Shown piece after piece: positions 23,560-39,289 of a DNA stretch of 60,427 bases (position 1 is the first letter of the stretch; every line of letters begins with the position of its first letter). Made by a program: the position numbers and the translations under genes. Below the pieces are notes generated by a model. That model ran no database searches and was not told the origin of the DNA. It saw only the letters and a list, made by a program, of their open reading frames with translations. Source of the stretch: Octopus bimaculoides (lineage: Eukaryota); NCBI RefSeq assembly GCF_001194135.2, contig NC_068985.1, positions 42,013,134 to 42,073,560 of the forward strand. The letters run 5' to 3'.

Positions 23560-24310
23560 GAGCTAAATAAGTAATTGCAGTCGAAGGCATTTTTTGTCAT
23601 TACTGCCTGGTGTTGTTTTTCAGCAACTGCACTTTTTTCTAGCTGCGAGCTTTATCTTTTTAAGTTCTCACCTAGTTCAAGACACTAATAAAAGTGTCAC
23701 CTCTCAAGGTTCCTGATCAGGGATTATATAGCTCTCTTGCAGACATCTTGAAAACGAAGATAACAAGGGTTACACTTCTATATTTTCAGAGGTTACCAAC
23801 TCCTCACACAGTAGATCTTTCAAGGTCATTCCATATGATGTGAGTCTCACAGTAGAGACATCATTTTGAAATCTGGGTGAAGAGGCTGGATATCTGGATG
23901 CAAACCAGAAGTCATTGTTGGCGATTCAGTCAGTCTACTTTATGTCTATGATGTAAAGCTGGAAAGTGCTGTGACATTGCTCGTAACTGAAGTAGTGACT
24001 CTGAGTCTCATTCTTATAATGTAGTATGTTGAGGATGCAATCTCTGTAGACAGCAATTTTATTGCACATTGTCATCTTGCTATTCTTTCACTCTATTTTT
24101 GTCATACCACCTAGAAATGAGGCTACACTTCTTCTCCCTCTGTTGATCTCAAACTTTAGGTAGATTTGTGAAGATAGAGTCAAGGTATGTAAACTCATAT
24201 ACTATCTTCAGCTCACAGTTGTTGATGGGAATGCTTTGGACCAATATTTTGCTGTAGCTAATTGGTACTGTGTTATGTGCTTAACAAGATTCATTAAGAT
24301 AGACACTTAG
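23560..24310 (-). mobile_element. Highly decayed R2/NeSL-like non-LTR 3' region
   Basis: Fragments IVYE..TNLPK...KCSL, LHPDI and AVAEK resemble the Zn-knuckle/REL region. Many stops. Confidence 0.35.
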
Positions 24311-24399
24311 AAAAATAAAACAGACTGGCAGCAAATTTGTAAAAATATGATGATTCAAACAATATCAACCATATGCCAATAAACATATCATTCCTGCTT

Positions 24400-25200
24400 A
24401 GTTTTTATTAAGACTTGCTGAAAATGAAGGTTTTAGTAATTAAGGAAGCAGACAAGAATCATGTTTGATAAACAGAACAGAAAGTAGGAGATTCATATGG
24501 TGTACTCAGTGTAAACTACAGGTCCACAAGAGGAATATTGTAATTGCGTACAAGCTGACAGAGAAAAAAGATATATGCGGCAGATGTATTAGAGTAGTTT
24601 TCAGTCAGAACACTAATAAAATAAATGCTTTCCTAAGTACAGAAGGGTCCATAAAAGTAGTTGATAACATCTGTTGGCTATATGATTTGATCAGCAGTAA
24701 AAGGGAGTATACTGAAAGAGCAGTCAAAATAAGTACAGGGTGGGAAAAGTTTGGGGATCTTTTATCTCTGTTGAAAACAAAAAAAATTCTCTCTTCAAGT
24801 AAGTTAGATTGTATGATCCTTGTGTACAAAGTACAATGTTGCATGGTAGGGAGACATAGGTACTGAATGGAAAGGTTGTGCAAAGGATGGAGAAAAATGA
24901 AGTGAGCAAGTTCTGTTGGATGTGTCTTGTTCATTTGTGAAAAAGAACAAGGCACAGATGAGTTGAGAAAGAAATTTGGTATAAAAGGAATAAAATGTAG
25001 TATGGAAGGGAGGAGACTACTTTGGTATAGATTTGCAATGTATACGAATGATGATAGTTGAGTAAAGAAGTCCAAACAAGGAAGTTAGTGAAGTAAGACC
25101 AAGAAAGATAGAAAACTGAATTCTAGATACTGAACCTCCAAGAGGAGATGACAAAGGAATACTCTCTTTGAGAGGACCCAGTCAACTTATACAAGCATAC
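24400..25200 (+). mobile_element. RTE-clade LINE 3' fragment, older copy
   Basis: ERAVKISTGWEKFGDLLSLLK, RT C-terminal region similar to 25760-26335. Confidence 0.7.
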
Positions 25201-25654
25201 AAAACACATTATAGTTTAGAACAAACAGTAAAAGGTTGTCATTATAGTACTTGGAGTTTCAAATGTCAGAGCAAAGAGCTACGATACATTCTTGTCAGCT
25301 ATTAATGGCAAGAAACGCTATGAAAAACCGTTGAATAAAAGGGAAGTAACTCTAATAGGTAGAAAAAATATACATGCAACAATATTCTCACAATACATAG
25401 ACATAAAACCTGTGTTTACAACGTCTATATACGTATACACTCAAACATGTATATGCACATATACACTCACACAAGTATATATGTATGTATGTATGTACTC
25501 GTACACACACATATGCACACACACACACACACGTGTGTGTATACAACCTTATCCTCATATACACATAGGTGCTTACATGCATACATGTAACATAATACAT
25601 ATATATTTAGACATTATATATACACAGTGAAACATTCACACTCCCGCATACACA

Positions 25655-26335
<681 letters not shown>

Positions 26336-27289
26336 ACCATAGCCTGTGGCCTATGCCAGTGGTGGGGTAACCAGCCCACTTATGAGTACTCCTCATTCCT
26401 TGGACAATAAACTTTGCTTGCAAAGACCTATTGAGGAAAGTGAAATCAAAATCAAAATTGCTGACGTGGCTGATGACAGTACCATCTGATTGACACTCAT
26501 GCCAGTGGAATGTTAAAAGCACATCAGAGCGTGATCGTTGCCAGGGCCATGGATTGGCTCCCGTGCTGGTGGCATGTAAAAAGCACCATTCAAGCATGAT
26601 CATTGCCAGCATCACCTTACCAGCACATGTGCCAGTGGCATGTGAAAAACAACTTTTGAGTGTGGTCATTGCCAGTGCCGCCAGAATGGCTCCCGTGCAG
26701 GTAGCACGTAAAAAATGCCTTTTGAGTGTGGTCATTGCCAGAACCACCTGACTAGCTCTTATGCTTGTGGCACATAAAAGCACCCACTACACTCTCGGAG
26801 TGGTTGGCATTAGGAAGGGCATCCAGCTGTAGAAACTTTGCCAGATCAGATTGGAGCCTGGTGCAGCCTTCTGGCTCACCCATACTCAGTCAAACCGACT
26901 AACCCATGCCAGCATGGAAAGCAGACGTTAAACGATGACGATGTTGATGATATGATGTACACACACACCCTCCTACCACACACCTACACCTGCATATATA
27001 CAAACAAATGCACATCTATAAAAATGAAGTGGGGTGTGCCTGAAAGTGGCATTTATGCACCGCACAGAGTCTTACATTCATATACATACATATACACATA
27101 CACATATATACACACACACGCACACACATATACATATAATCTATATACATACATATACACACATACACACTCACACAATTAAAAAGGAAAAAAATGAAAA
27201 ATAATATAAAATATATATAAAAAATAAAAAAAATTTAAAATTAATGGAAGTTGAAATATATGGGAAAGCTTGTGCAGGAACATAGTCGA

Positions 27290-28495
27290 ATTGTGGATTC
27301 TAGCCATGATCTTGGGGGACCCAAAACGGTAATAAGTATTTTGTGACATGTGGACATGATCCAAAATGTTCAGTTTTTTAATTCAAACATGTAGCAGAGT
27401 CTAAGGAACTTGTCCAAATGAGCCATATTTCCATATTACAAAGATCACACTTGCCACTTCCATTGGTATAAGGTTTGCACTTGGCTAAGATCTTCCAGTA
27501 AATCTTGTAGCTGACATCTTGTTCTTTTAGAAACCATATTTAACTGCATAATTTGGTAGTTTTTCGTTTATTCCAGTGTCTGAAGCTTAAGATGTAATTG
27601 TTGAATCTTGCTTTGAAATTTCCCTCTGTGAAACCCACATATCTCTTGGATGAAACTGTATTATTAGCATTCATGGAATTTACACTGGCCTCGATCATAC
27701 AGGCTCCATTTATCTCTGCAGGAACAGTCAGCTTCATGTTGTTGTGTTGTATTGTTTTGCATAACAATGCTTTTGAAGTTTGGGGTGGGACTAAAACTAA
27801 TTTTTAGGTTATGCCTATTAAAGAGTTTTCTATATTTGTGATGTATTGGAAAATGTCTATCTATACATGACAAGAAATATTTACCTATATTAAAGATCAC
27901 TTTCGGGGGAGTAAGGGGGTGTGAACCATATAATTTTCCTGTATCTATGCTTTCTTTCCTTTATATCTGGTGTAAGTTATTTCCTCTTTAAATCCACTAG
28001 CTTTAAGTACATTGTTATATAGTAGAGCAGCATTATTAAATATGTTTATATTGGAGGAGAGGCTAGAAATTCTCTTACTAATATTCTTAACTAAATTCTT
28101 AAACACTAAGTCTATCGTTGGGCTTCCTATAGGGTTTGTAAATCTAGAGATACATCAAGGAAATTAACAACCATCAGGTTGGTATCTATTGTTATACTAA
28201 GATTGAATGTCTTCATAAAATGGAAATATCCTTTCTTAACCGATCTTGCGCTGGTTCATTGGTATTCTTAGTTAAAGCTAGAGCATCATCCCTATAAATA
28301 GCGAAATATACATCAGGAAAAGCTTTTCCTAACATGTCTAGCAGGAATAGTCTAATGAGATCACATATGTCTGCTCCATCATAATGACCCCATGCTCACA
28401 TTGAAAGAACCCTCTGTGTCCGCTGTCTTGACCCACTCTGCATTCTCGCTGCATGGAGGATTAAATTCTTATCTTGTTTACTAATCTCTATAAAA
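27290..28495 (-). mobile_element. 5'-truncated Penelope-like element (RT + GIY-YIG)
   Basis: FNVSMGS, YFAIYRDDAL, IDRHFPIHHKYRKLFNRHNLKISFS, YVGFTEGNFKARFNN. Confidence 0.9.
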
Positions 28496-29640
28496 TCACC
28501 TGTGAATGTGAGAAACATCAGCTGCAAAAATAATTGATAAAATATATAACTTTGTATTTACATGAAATAAATAACGTTTCTGTGACTTAAGTGTTCTCAT
28601 GTTGACCAAATTGTGCTGAAATTATCTTCATGTTGATAACAACAGAAAAGGGGAATTTTGTTTAATATTTTATTTTTCTGGTTCAGAATATCCAAATGAT
28701 GATGCTGACAGATTTTCATAACACTGAATGCTAGGATATTGAATAGATGAAATTATTAAAAAACTAAAATATAAATCTAAACTTGAATTGAATTTCAGTG
28801 AATGACTAAAACTTTGACACCAAATTGATCAAACATTTCAGTTTTTCAATCCTATTCAAGACACAAGTTTAGTTTTAGGAAATTTATTTCTTTTCATTTT
28901 ACTTATGAAAACTTCTCAATTTTGATGATTAGAAGTTTCATATTAAAAAACATGAAAGCAAAGTTTAACTGATTTTTGTTGTCTATGGTTGATGACAGTT
29001 ATTAGTGACGAAAGGCTGGAGCTACTTATAATGACTATCCACTTCAATACCTAGCCTTCTGTCGTTATACTTGGAGCAATTCCCCTTCCTCCTATACACA
29101 TTCAGGAACCTCTTATAATAACATTTCCAAACCTTTTTTTTTTTTTTTTTTCTGTGTGGCAGTACAACAAAATCATGTACTGCTGTTATTTTCTCCAACA
29201 AAATCTTGATTATACTGCTTCACATTCTTGAGCACCTCATAACCCTGATCCTCCCATTGCAGAACATCAGCGAATCTACGTTCAGTTTCCTTCCATGTTA
29301 TGTGAACTTACTACTTTGCTTCTCTTCTGGCTACTTGGTATTGTTCTTAGGTCTAAACAGTTGCCATTTGGATATCAATTTTTTTTTTTTCACCAAAGTA
29401 AAAACTAAAGGCTCCTTTACTTTCTAATCTCATGCCAAAAATGGCTTCATATATGGATGTCTATGTTAACCAGAATTAGACCATTCTGAAAATGTGGAAC
29501 AGTTTACATTAAAGTCAACATTGATAATTCAAGACAGTGAAAATCCACAAAGGAGCTCAATCTCAGAATTTATATTCTCTAGCAACAAAATGAAATATAA
29601 AAGAAATTTGTGATGCATATTAGATTCTTTCTGCTACTTT

Positions 29641-29804
29641 TTAATTCTTGAACAAGTTGTCAGCAATTATGATCCCCAGGAGAAGGATGGTGAATGTTTT
29701 GAAAATGCAACATCCTGATGTACCATCAGGTACTAAAGATGTTTGTGGAGTTGTAAGTTGCTTGCGGTTGTATGTCGCTTGTATGTTGCTTGAAACATTA
29801 TCAC
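29641..29804 (-). CDS. Gene B last coding exon (S/T-rich linker + GPI-like tail)
   Basis: tctctgcag|GT GAT ... AAT TAA. Confidence 0.88.
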
Positions 29805-32800
29805 CTGCAGAGATAATCGACAAAAATATATAACTTTGTGTTTACATAAAATAAATAACATTTCTGTGGCTTAAGTGGTTCCAGTTAGCTTAAGAGGCCT
29901 TACTTAGTCTGAAGCAAAGTACTATTCATAGAATTTTCAGTTCTTCTAGACTTGGGAATAGGATTAATGGGATGAAGTTATAGATTAATTTGGATCTTTG
30001 GATACAATCATATTGATTCAGTTTAGTGACTGAGTGGAAAATACAGAAATGTGGAGTTTCAGGTTGTTGAATTTATGGGAGAAATGATTGGGCAATGTGT
30101 TGAGAATAGTGTTTAGATGTAAAATGAATGGTTTATTTAAGTGTAGCTTTTAGACCACAAGTTAGAAGGAACAGGTGTTGTTGTAGCAGTATTAGAAGTC
30201 TGTGATAGAGGCCTATTAGAAGATGATTATGGTAGACTAATGAGGTTGAAGGATGTGAAAAAGTATTGTGGCAAGGAGCTATGATAGAGTACAGTCAGTA
30301 GATGGTTATGAGGGAGAGGTTTGTTGGAAAGTACTGTAACATGTAGGCTACACTCAAATGGCTACATATATAGATGGCTGTGGAAATGTATTGTGGCATA
30401 AAGCCATTTTAAACTGCAGTCAGTAGATGGATAATGTGGAAGAGGACAATAGTAGAAGATTGTTACACAGATGTGATAGAGGGCTGTAATGTAATGCATA
30501 ACTGTGATAGAGGAAATATATTATCCAAATTGTCTTTCTATATTAAGAAGATTAGATGTGATTTGAAAGAGCTTTCACTGATATTTCTCATAGATTTGGT
30601 GATTATGTAGATATTCAGTTGTTGACTCTAAAGGAATGTAATAGAGAACTGCATAATATTTAAGCCAATTAGCTATCATATTGTAGGTAAAGTATGGTTA
30701 TTATTTCTACTACCATTTAAAATCTCTGTTTACAACTAGTCATGGAAATGCATAAAACTGCTCTACATTTCATATTTAACTGCCAATGATACAAGCATCA
30801 CTTCTACTACTGCAGTCCTTGTCATATCTAAAGCACCTTGCTACATATATTTCAATGATTATAATGTACATAGCTGTACCACGTCCACAAAATTTTTTCC
30901 ATTTTTGTGATGACATACATAAATTATTCCACAGTTGATAATACTTGAGGATAGCTGTGATTGATAGTAGATGGAACCAGGGAAGAATATAACAGAGTAG
31001 GCAGGATACCTAAGGATTTCAGCAATCCATAATAGGGGGCACAGATGATCCTATGAATAACACAAATATATTAGTACAGCTTTCATGCCTGGAAATAACT
31101 ATTTTGAATTGATTTAAACATTAATATTCAGAGAATTCCTTAATATTTAGAGAGTGATGGCTCCTTGATATTTGGAGAATAACTGCATCTTAATATTAGT
31201 TCCAAATTTTGGCACGAGGTCAGCAGTTTTAAGGAAGAGGCTGTCAATTTCATCAACCCCAGTGTTCAACTCGTATTTATTTTAGTGACCCTCAAAAGGA
31301 TGAAAGGCAAAGTCAACCTTGGTGGAATTTGAACCCAGAATGTAAGGACAAATGAAATGCTGCTAAGCATTTCAGTTAACATGCTAACATTTCTGCCAGC
31401 TTGCCACTGAAATAAAAGAGTGTCAGATCATTAAATATTTAGAGAGTAAGAGAACTTTAATGTTTGTAAAATATTAGATTTTTTAATATTTGGTGAATAC
31501 CAAATTTTTCATATTTTTGATGTCAAGGGAGTAAAGGATCTTTAATATTCAGAAAGTAACATTTTCTTAAAATTTAGAGACTAAGAGATTCTTAACATTT
31601 ACATTGTAGCAGCTCCTTAATATTTGAGTAGTATCAATATTTAAAGAGTAAATGTCTTAATGTTTGGAGATTAACAAGTGTCTAAAATTTATAGAAAGTA
31701 ACAGATCCATACAGATATTTTTTACAGTGGGATCTTGGTCCACTTTGATATGTTTTAAGAAAGATTTAACAAAGTATATAGTAACAGACATGATAACACA
31801 TTGTGAGCAGCTGACTTTAGAGGTTCTGTATCCAACCCTAACTAAATGAACATATTTCAAAGATGAGGTGGCATGAATTATAGGGTCATCCAATTTACAG
31901 CATATTAATTATGAAATATCTTTAAAAAAAAAATTAAAGGAAGTTGGGTGTAACCCCCAAAATTAAGAAGTTAATAGTCAATATATGTAGGTAAAAAGAA
32001 TTTTAAAACAATTTTCAATAGAATATATAAAATTTATGAAACTTTTCCTTCACATTTAATTTTTATGGTTCGTTTATCACTGAATAAGCTGTCCATAGTA
32101 AAATTACATTTCAGTTTTCCAGTAACTGGTGGATCGAGAATTAGTTCAGCACTGTTGGTGAACGTTTTTCCATCAGAACAATTTAATATTCTGTTTGAAG
32201 TAAATGTTAAAGGTGCCTGATAAAAAAAAAAAAAAAAAAAAAAAAAGAAAAGAGAGAGAAAAAAAGGATAATTTAAAAGATCAAAGTAGGTGTTGCATTA
32301 TTATTTTATCACGTTTATTTCTCAATTCATTTCTAATTTTTTAAAATTACTTGACTTATTAACATAATTATTTGATACGATATTATTAGGATACTCTGAC
32401 AAGAACTAATTATGGCACATGCAAGGCCTAGATGGATGATTTACTCGAAGTTATGAATAAGTTTTTTGCTAAAATAATATAAGGGAAGGACATAGACATA
32501 GGATAGTAATTACAGCCTGAAGTTGATACAACAGGTATCAAACACACTTCTAAACATACAACATTATTATTCAAGAAACCATCTTCTTCTGCAACTAAGC
32601 ATCATCACACAAAATTTGATGACTTTGTCACAGTACATCCTTTATAACCAAAAGGCCTTTCAGATATTCTGAAATAAGAGTTTGACAATTTAGCTACATT
32701 CCACTATACCAAAATACAAATATGGCATTAATCAAGAAAACATGCACACAACATCCATACCATTCCTAAACAATATATCACTAAGCTTTTGTACATTCTC

Positions 32801-35800
32801 AATGAATTTTAGGTTAAATTATTTCTTAGGATCTTCCAATGTGGTTTGCATAAAAAGACTGCATCACTAAATCTATTTACTTTCCATCATTATCATCATC
32901 ATCATCATCATTATTATTTAATATTCATTTGTCATGTTGGCATGAGCTGGATGGTTCAACAAAATCCAGAAAGTCAGAGGGTTGTGTTGAGCTCCAGTGT
33001 TTACTTTGGCATGGTTTCTACAGTTGGATGCTCTTCCTAATGCCAACCACTTTACAGAGTGTAATGATTGCATTTTTCATGGCACCAGTACAAGTGAGGT
33101 CACCAAGTAACAGGCCAGACAAAGAAATAGTACCCTTGAGTGAGTGGAAGTGTAGTATAAAAGGGAATGTCTTTATGCTATGTGTTGAAAAATGAAAGCA
33201 TGATAGAGGGACTGAAACAGGTGTCTTACTGGAGAGTAGATACATAGATAACCTGCATTATGTAAAAGTAGATGGGTAGATGGGAATAGCTAAAAAGAGA
33301 GATAAGGATGAAGGTGATGAGGTATCAGGGTACTCCCAAGGTACAAGAAGGTGAGTATAAAAGAAAGAAAGAATAGAAGATTGAGAGGAGTGAGTGGGTA
33401 ATTTGAAAGTGTATGAGAGGGGTGTAGCAGATGGTTAGATATGAGGGTAGGGGTGAATGTAGTGAATGATGAACAAAAGTGGAGGCATGGTAAATATGAT
33501 TTTGGTGGGGAAGATAATAAAAAATAAAAGTAACCCAGGAAGGAAGAGGTAGTAAGTGGTAGTGCAGAAAAGCAGCAGAATGATGAAACTGTAGATAAAT
33601 TAAAAAATAAGGAAATGATGGGTGGGGTGAGTTGGTAAAAGAGCAGAAGTGTAGAAAATACTGGAATACTAAAAGTTTACAAAATAAAATAAGATACAAT
33701 AAATAAGATACTAATAAATAAGATACTAATAAATAAGATACAAGTCCTGGAGGACTATATAAAACTATATAAGTAGCCTGACTACAATGGTAATGAGCTA
33801 GGATTCCTATTTAGCTCATTACTATGCCCACTCCACCACAGCTGGAATTTGCTTAGAAAAGCATACTTGCTTGACACATTAGCTCTCTTGAGCACAGTTG
33901 TATTGAAGATTTTATCCTATCATTTGATGTTGAGAATTTGTCATAGGCATGTTTGATATCACTGTAAATATTGAAGTATGATATCAGGAGTGACATTTCC
34001 TTTTCTGGTAATATCATTTTAAATATAAAAGTTATACACTGGAGTAATATATTTATATTTCTAGTACTTTGAAAGCACTGAGAGAACTGAGATATGATGG
34101 ACTGACAACTTTACATTTCTAAGTAATATCATTGTAATTAGAGTATGGTAGAGTCTGAATAACTTGCTGTAGCAGAGAAGGGTATTGAGTTGGCAGAGAG
34201 CTTCTTATCTCTGGAGGTCGATTCGTCAGATTATGTTGATGCAGCTGGAATAATGACCATATCTTGTTGTTCACAGAGTTTCCAGAGAGTGTTGAATTCC
34301 AGTGGGGTGGGGTGGGAAGCGTTGATCTTTGGTGTTGAACAAATGCACCAACTGTGTACCAAAGGAATTTTGATGTACATAATATAGTTGAAAATGTTGC
34401 CACTCGCAATTAATTTCTAATTAGCTAAAATAACCTACATGACAAAGATGAATCTAAAATGGTCATGTGATTTTGTTAATCTAACCAAAATTTCTGATTG
34501 GTTAAAAATAACATGCATGACAACAGTGAAACTAAAATGCTACATGAATGAGAATCCTTGTAAATTTATTAATCTGAAATCAAATCCAAAGCTAAAAGAT
34601 ATCCCGCATCGAAAATAACAACTGTGTAGTTAAGTGGCTGCTAGACTAGTAACCACATAGTCATAAGTTAAAATCTTACTTATTAAAATCCTTGTGTTGT
34701 GATCCTGCAAAGCACGTAAAACTATGTTTGTTTCAGATTGTTTGACTAATATAAAACATTCCACTCCTTACTCCATAGTTGAGTAGCTTGATAATAGAAA
34801 GACGAACACAGATAAAAAGAATTCTGTTTACTTACCTTTCCAATAAAACAGTCTATATGTGTCACAGGTAAAGAACATTGTGCTGTTACATTGTATATAC
34901 AATCTGTTTCATTCATGATCTCAATCTTTGGTTTCACTGTAAAATATGTCACAAATATGATTATGATCTGTGAGTATAAGCAACGTCTTACACTAATAAT
35001 GTCTTCTTCATAATGTGGTAGAACATTTGTCTTTAGATTATGAGACCAAAACTGTGCTTAAAATGATGACTGGAAGGAATCAAGATGTTACAAGCGTGGA
35101 ATATGACAATTTTTTTCTTTTCTTTATATGTATCTTTATATATATTTTTAAATAATAATATTTTCTTCATTAGTTTCAAGGTCTCAAAGAGATACAAAAA
35201 ATATGAAGTTTTCACTTGGAGTTACATAAATAAAATGATGATATTAAGTGTGAAAAATACATTTACAAATTATGAAGAAAGTGATTAAGATACACTGGAA
35301 AGCAGTGGTACTTTCAATTTTTTCCATTGATGCTCTGTTTTGATTCAAATTGTACCAGAAAATGTCTGCCATGTAGCAATTAATTACTAATATTAACAGT
35401 TGACCAATGAAAATATGTCAGAATATTAAAAGAGATGATATAATAGTTAAACTAACTAGTTTATTTGGTTAACTGTTCTACAAGAGATATGAGGTAAAAA
35501 AAAAACCCCAGTTATACAGAAGAAAACCTTGAAATCATTATGTTACAAACTTCGATTTTGCTTTAATGTTATAAAATATTTGCTCCATGCTTATTGTAAT
35601 CAGCAGAAATAATTTCCTCACCATTTATCTGTAAATCAATTACACCAAAGTTAAAGTTAGCATCGAAATATATCCATGTCGAAAACTCCCATGATACATT
35701 CCTGATCCAAAGAGTAGAAATGTTACCAGCATGAGTAATTGCAAAGTTGGTGGCATTACCGCAGGTTGTATCACAATTATATTCATTATTATTGCTTTCC

Positions 35801-38800
35801 CAAATAACAGGCCTTTTTATGTCTGGAATTTCTTCAGTACAAAGAGAGACGCTTTTCCCTAACCAAACTGTTCCTGAAATAAATAAATCAACTTTATTGA
35901 TTGAAGATTTTTTAAATTAGTATTAATATTTTTGTTTTTGGAAATTAGAAGTCAAAATATATTTAGGTTTCTCATTAGATTTGAAAAGGACAATAAAATA
36001 TAATGAGAAACTTAATTACACAAAATGCATTAAGACAGACTAATGAGACAAAACCTAATTAGACCTAACTTACTGGAAAATTACCTAATAAAATATAATC
36101 CTACAAGGCAACTTAATAACAAACAACCTAATATGGTTAACAACAAAACCTAATCAGACAAGAATTAATGAAACCTAAACTAATGCAACACTAATTAGAC
36201 ATAAACTACAGAAACATATTTAATGTTGCATAACATATTGAGCTTCAGTTTAATGACACATAAACTAATTAGACATAAATTAATGGGGCATACAATAATG
36301 AAACATAACTAATGACACATAATGAGAGTAATATGAAAAAAACATTAAGATAAATTAATGTGACCTTATTTGTCCTCTGTCGAGATGTCCCTGTGATTCT
36401 CAGAGTATCCTAGCAGGGTCACATCAAGACAGCAAGGTGAGGTTCCAGACTCAATGTAGTACATCATTCCAAATCATTAATAGTAGGTAACAAAGAAGAT
36501 NNNNNNNNNNNNNNNNNNNNNNNNNNNNNNNNNNNNNNNNNNNNNNNNNNNNNNNNNNNNNNNNNNNNNNNNNNNNNNNNNNNNNNNNNNNNNNNNNNNN
36601 NNNNNNNNNNNNNNNNNNNNNNNNNNNNNNNNNNNNNNNNNNNNNNNNNNNNNNNNNNNNNNNNNNNNNNNNNNNNNNNNNNNNNNNNNNNNNNNNNNNN
36701 NNNNNNNNNNNNNNNNNNNNNNNNNNNNNNNNNNNNNNNNNNNNNNNNNNNNNNNNNNNNNNNNNNNNNNNNNNNNNNNNNNNNNNNNNNNNNNNNNNNN
36801 NNNNNNNNNNNNNNNNNNNNNNNNNNNNNNNNNNNNNNNNNNNNNNNNNNNNNNNNNNNNNNNNNNNNNNNNNNNNNNNNNNNNNNNNNNNNNNNNNNNN
36901 NNNNNNNNNNNNNNNNNNNNNNNNNNNNNNNNNNNNNNNNNNNNNNNNNNNNNNNNNNNNNNNNNNNNNNNNNNNNNNNNNNNNNNNNNNNNNNNNNNNN
37001 NNNNNNNNNNNNNNNNNNNNNNNNNNNNNNNNNNNNNNNNNNNNNNNNNNNNNNNNNNNNNNNNNNNNNNNNNNNNNNNNNNNNNNNNNNNNNNNNNNNN
37101 NNNNNNNNNNNTTCTCCTTGCCCTGCATTGGAATGGGGCTGGAAAATATGTCCTAAACATAGTCCATTTTGTTTATCTACTTTAGATACCACATCTAGAA
37201 GGACTCACCAGCCTTGAAGCAGAAACATAAACATTAAATTCAGAACCTGAAACAGCAGACATTAATGGAAATGAATGACTCCAACATATCATAAAGAAGA
37301 ACCATTGTAGAAAGAATATCCCCTTAAAGAATCCTGAATACATGACATGAGATTTACTATTAAGGTCAGCCTTGTTTCCAAGATGATATCTGAACTCTCC
37401 ATCAATGATAATAATTAATGACCTGTAACTTCACCTTTCGAAAAATTAGCATGCAACTGTCATCAGTCTATACATTCCATCTTTTGATACCAATGACAAT
37501 ATGAAGGAACTGTTCCATAAACAGTTGACTTCATCATTTCTAACGTTCTGAAGAAGAACAAGATTATCTTGAGGATTTTGAAGTAGAATTTTTAAAAGGG
37601 AAAAAATAGAATCTTTTGAAAGAAAAGATTAGAAAATACAGTATTGGAAATGTCAACTCCAATGACAACCTTCTTCTAACAAAATGTATCAAACATAGTC
37701 ATATTGTCACTAACATTCTTTTTCAACACAAATATCCCTACATGATCTTTTGGCAACATCTTGATCAATTACATTATTGTCTAGTCTTGAGGTCATGAAT
37801 ATGTGCTAAGAAAAAAAAAAAAAAAGGACTCTTGTCTCATTTTCTACAAAATTGAGAAAGGAATTATATCAAATGAAAGGAAATTAAGGAAATTTACACT
37901 CAAGACATTCACTGTAATGAATAATGAATAAATTAATAAAAATTTCCAACCAAGTATCCAACATTAGTTGAAGAACACTGGGATATGTTGAATGATGTTA
38001 TCACTTCAGACTTTTGACACACAGACGTCTAATTTGCTATTGAGGGGTTAAAAGAACAATAAAACTGTAGAAATCTTCAAGGATGAATGAGTAATCTACA
38101 ACAGCCCCATCATGGGTTCTCCTCAAAATTTGGAAAAGGGAGCACGTTTTATCTGAAATATAGACATTCTAAGTGTCTAACCTAAAAGATGTTTATACAC
38201 CTAACCATAGCCATCTCCAGTATTCTTCTTTCTTAGGTCTTCAGCATGTTTGGATGTTCTAAGTTCTTTACAATTCCAAACAACACAATAGCTACTATCC
38301 TTACCAGTAGAGGTCCAACAGACTTCTTTAGAATTTAGTCAATGAAACAAGTATTTTTAAGAAGAGCTTTAAGCAATGCAGGTGAGAAGTTAGGCAAAAT
38401 ATATAAGGTAAGGCCAATAAATAAAGACAGACAAGATATTGTAACATGCTATGTAAGTTATTTACTGCTTCTGTTGTATTTCAGGAAATTGTCTCTTTGT
38501 CAAATATAAGAGAAAATAATCAAGAGTTCAAAGAAAAAGTGTTATTATTGGCTGGTCATTCTGATGTATTGTGATGGAAAGCATTGATGGCTAACTGATT
38601 TTATAGTTGTGGCTGATAAATGTAGATAGTATCAGTAGCAGCAGGTGATGTGGTGTGTCATAAGTAGCAATAATAGGTATCCTGGTAAGTAGAGATTTTG
38701 TTGAGGTGCAAAGGAGTTGAACAATAGCTGAACTTAGTTAAAGTAATTAGATATTTTCTTTGTAAAAAAAAACAACCAATAAATACATAAACAAATAAAT

Positions 38801-39247
38801 AAAAGTTAGTAGGTTTCATTCAAGGTCTTTCAACCAGCTAGGCTCAAAGCAGACTACAGTTCGCTTTGAGCCTAGCTAGTTGAAAGACCCTGAATGAAGC
38901 TGCACAGAAAATTATGTCTGGTTGCATGTGCAACTGCCCATCTCTGTGCAGTGGAAACACTTGTAGGTCATCATATAGGCTGTACGAAATTGTGAAATAA
39001 AAGGAAATAAATTTTGAGGATGTACCAGTCTCCATATTCTCTATCATTAAAATAATTGCTAATATGCACTCTAGATAATATTACCATCCAGATAAGCAAA
39101 CACAAAATTACTCATCAGAGGAGTCTACAATATGAGTAATAACTCATAGTAGTTATAATCATTAAATACTAATCAATGCAGTCAGCCCTAACCTGGAACA
39201 TAACTACCACAGTATCCACTTGGATAATATACCCCTCCAAACTCACA

Positions 39248-39289
<42 letters not shown>

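Noticed and set aside
31664-31849. 61-aa ORF inside gene B intron
   Set aside because: AT-rich chance ORF with no counterpart in the homologous gene A intron.
36000-36360. Degenerate taattagacataaac-type repeats (also tatacctagtg repeats at 40640-40810 and aataaataagatact x3 at ~33690-33740)
   Set aside because: Ordinary low-complexity minisatellites with no further structure.
39081-39120. Possible gene B exon 2 ending GATG|GTAAT like gene A exon 2
   Set aside because: The only acceptor gives 40 nt starting in phase 0, and joining to exon 1 yields an in-frame TAA.
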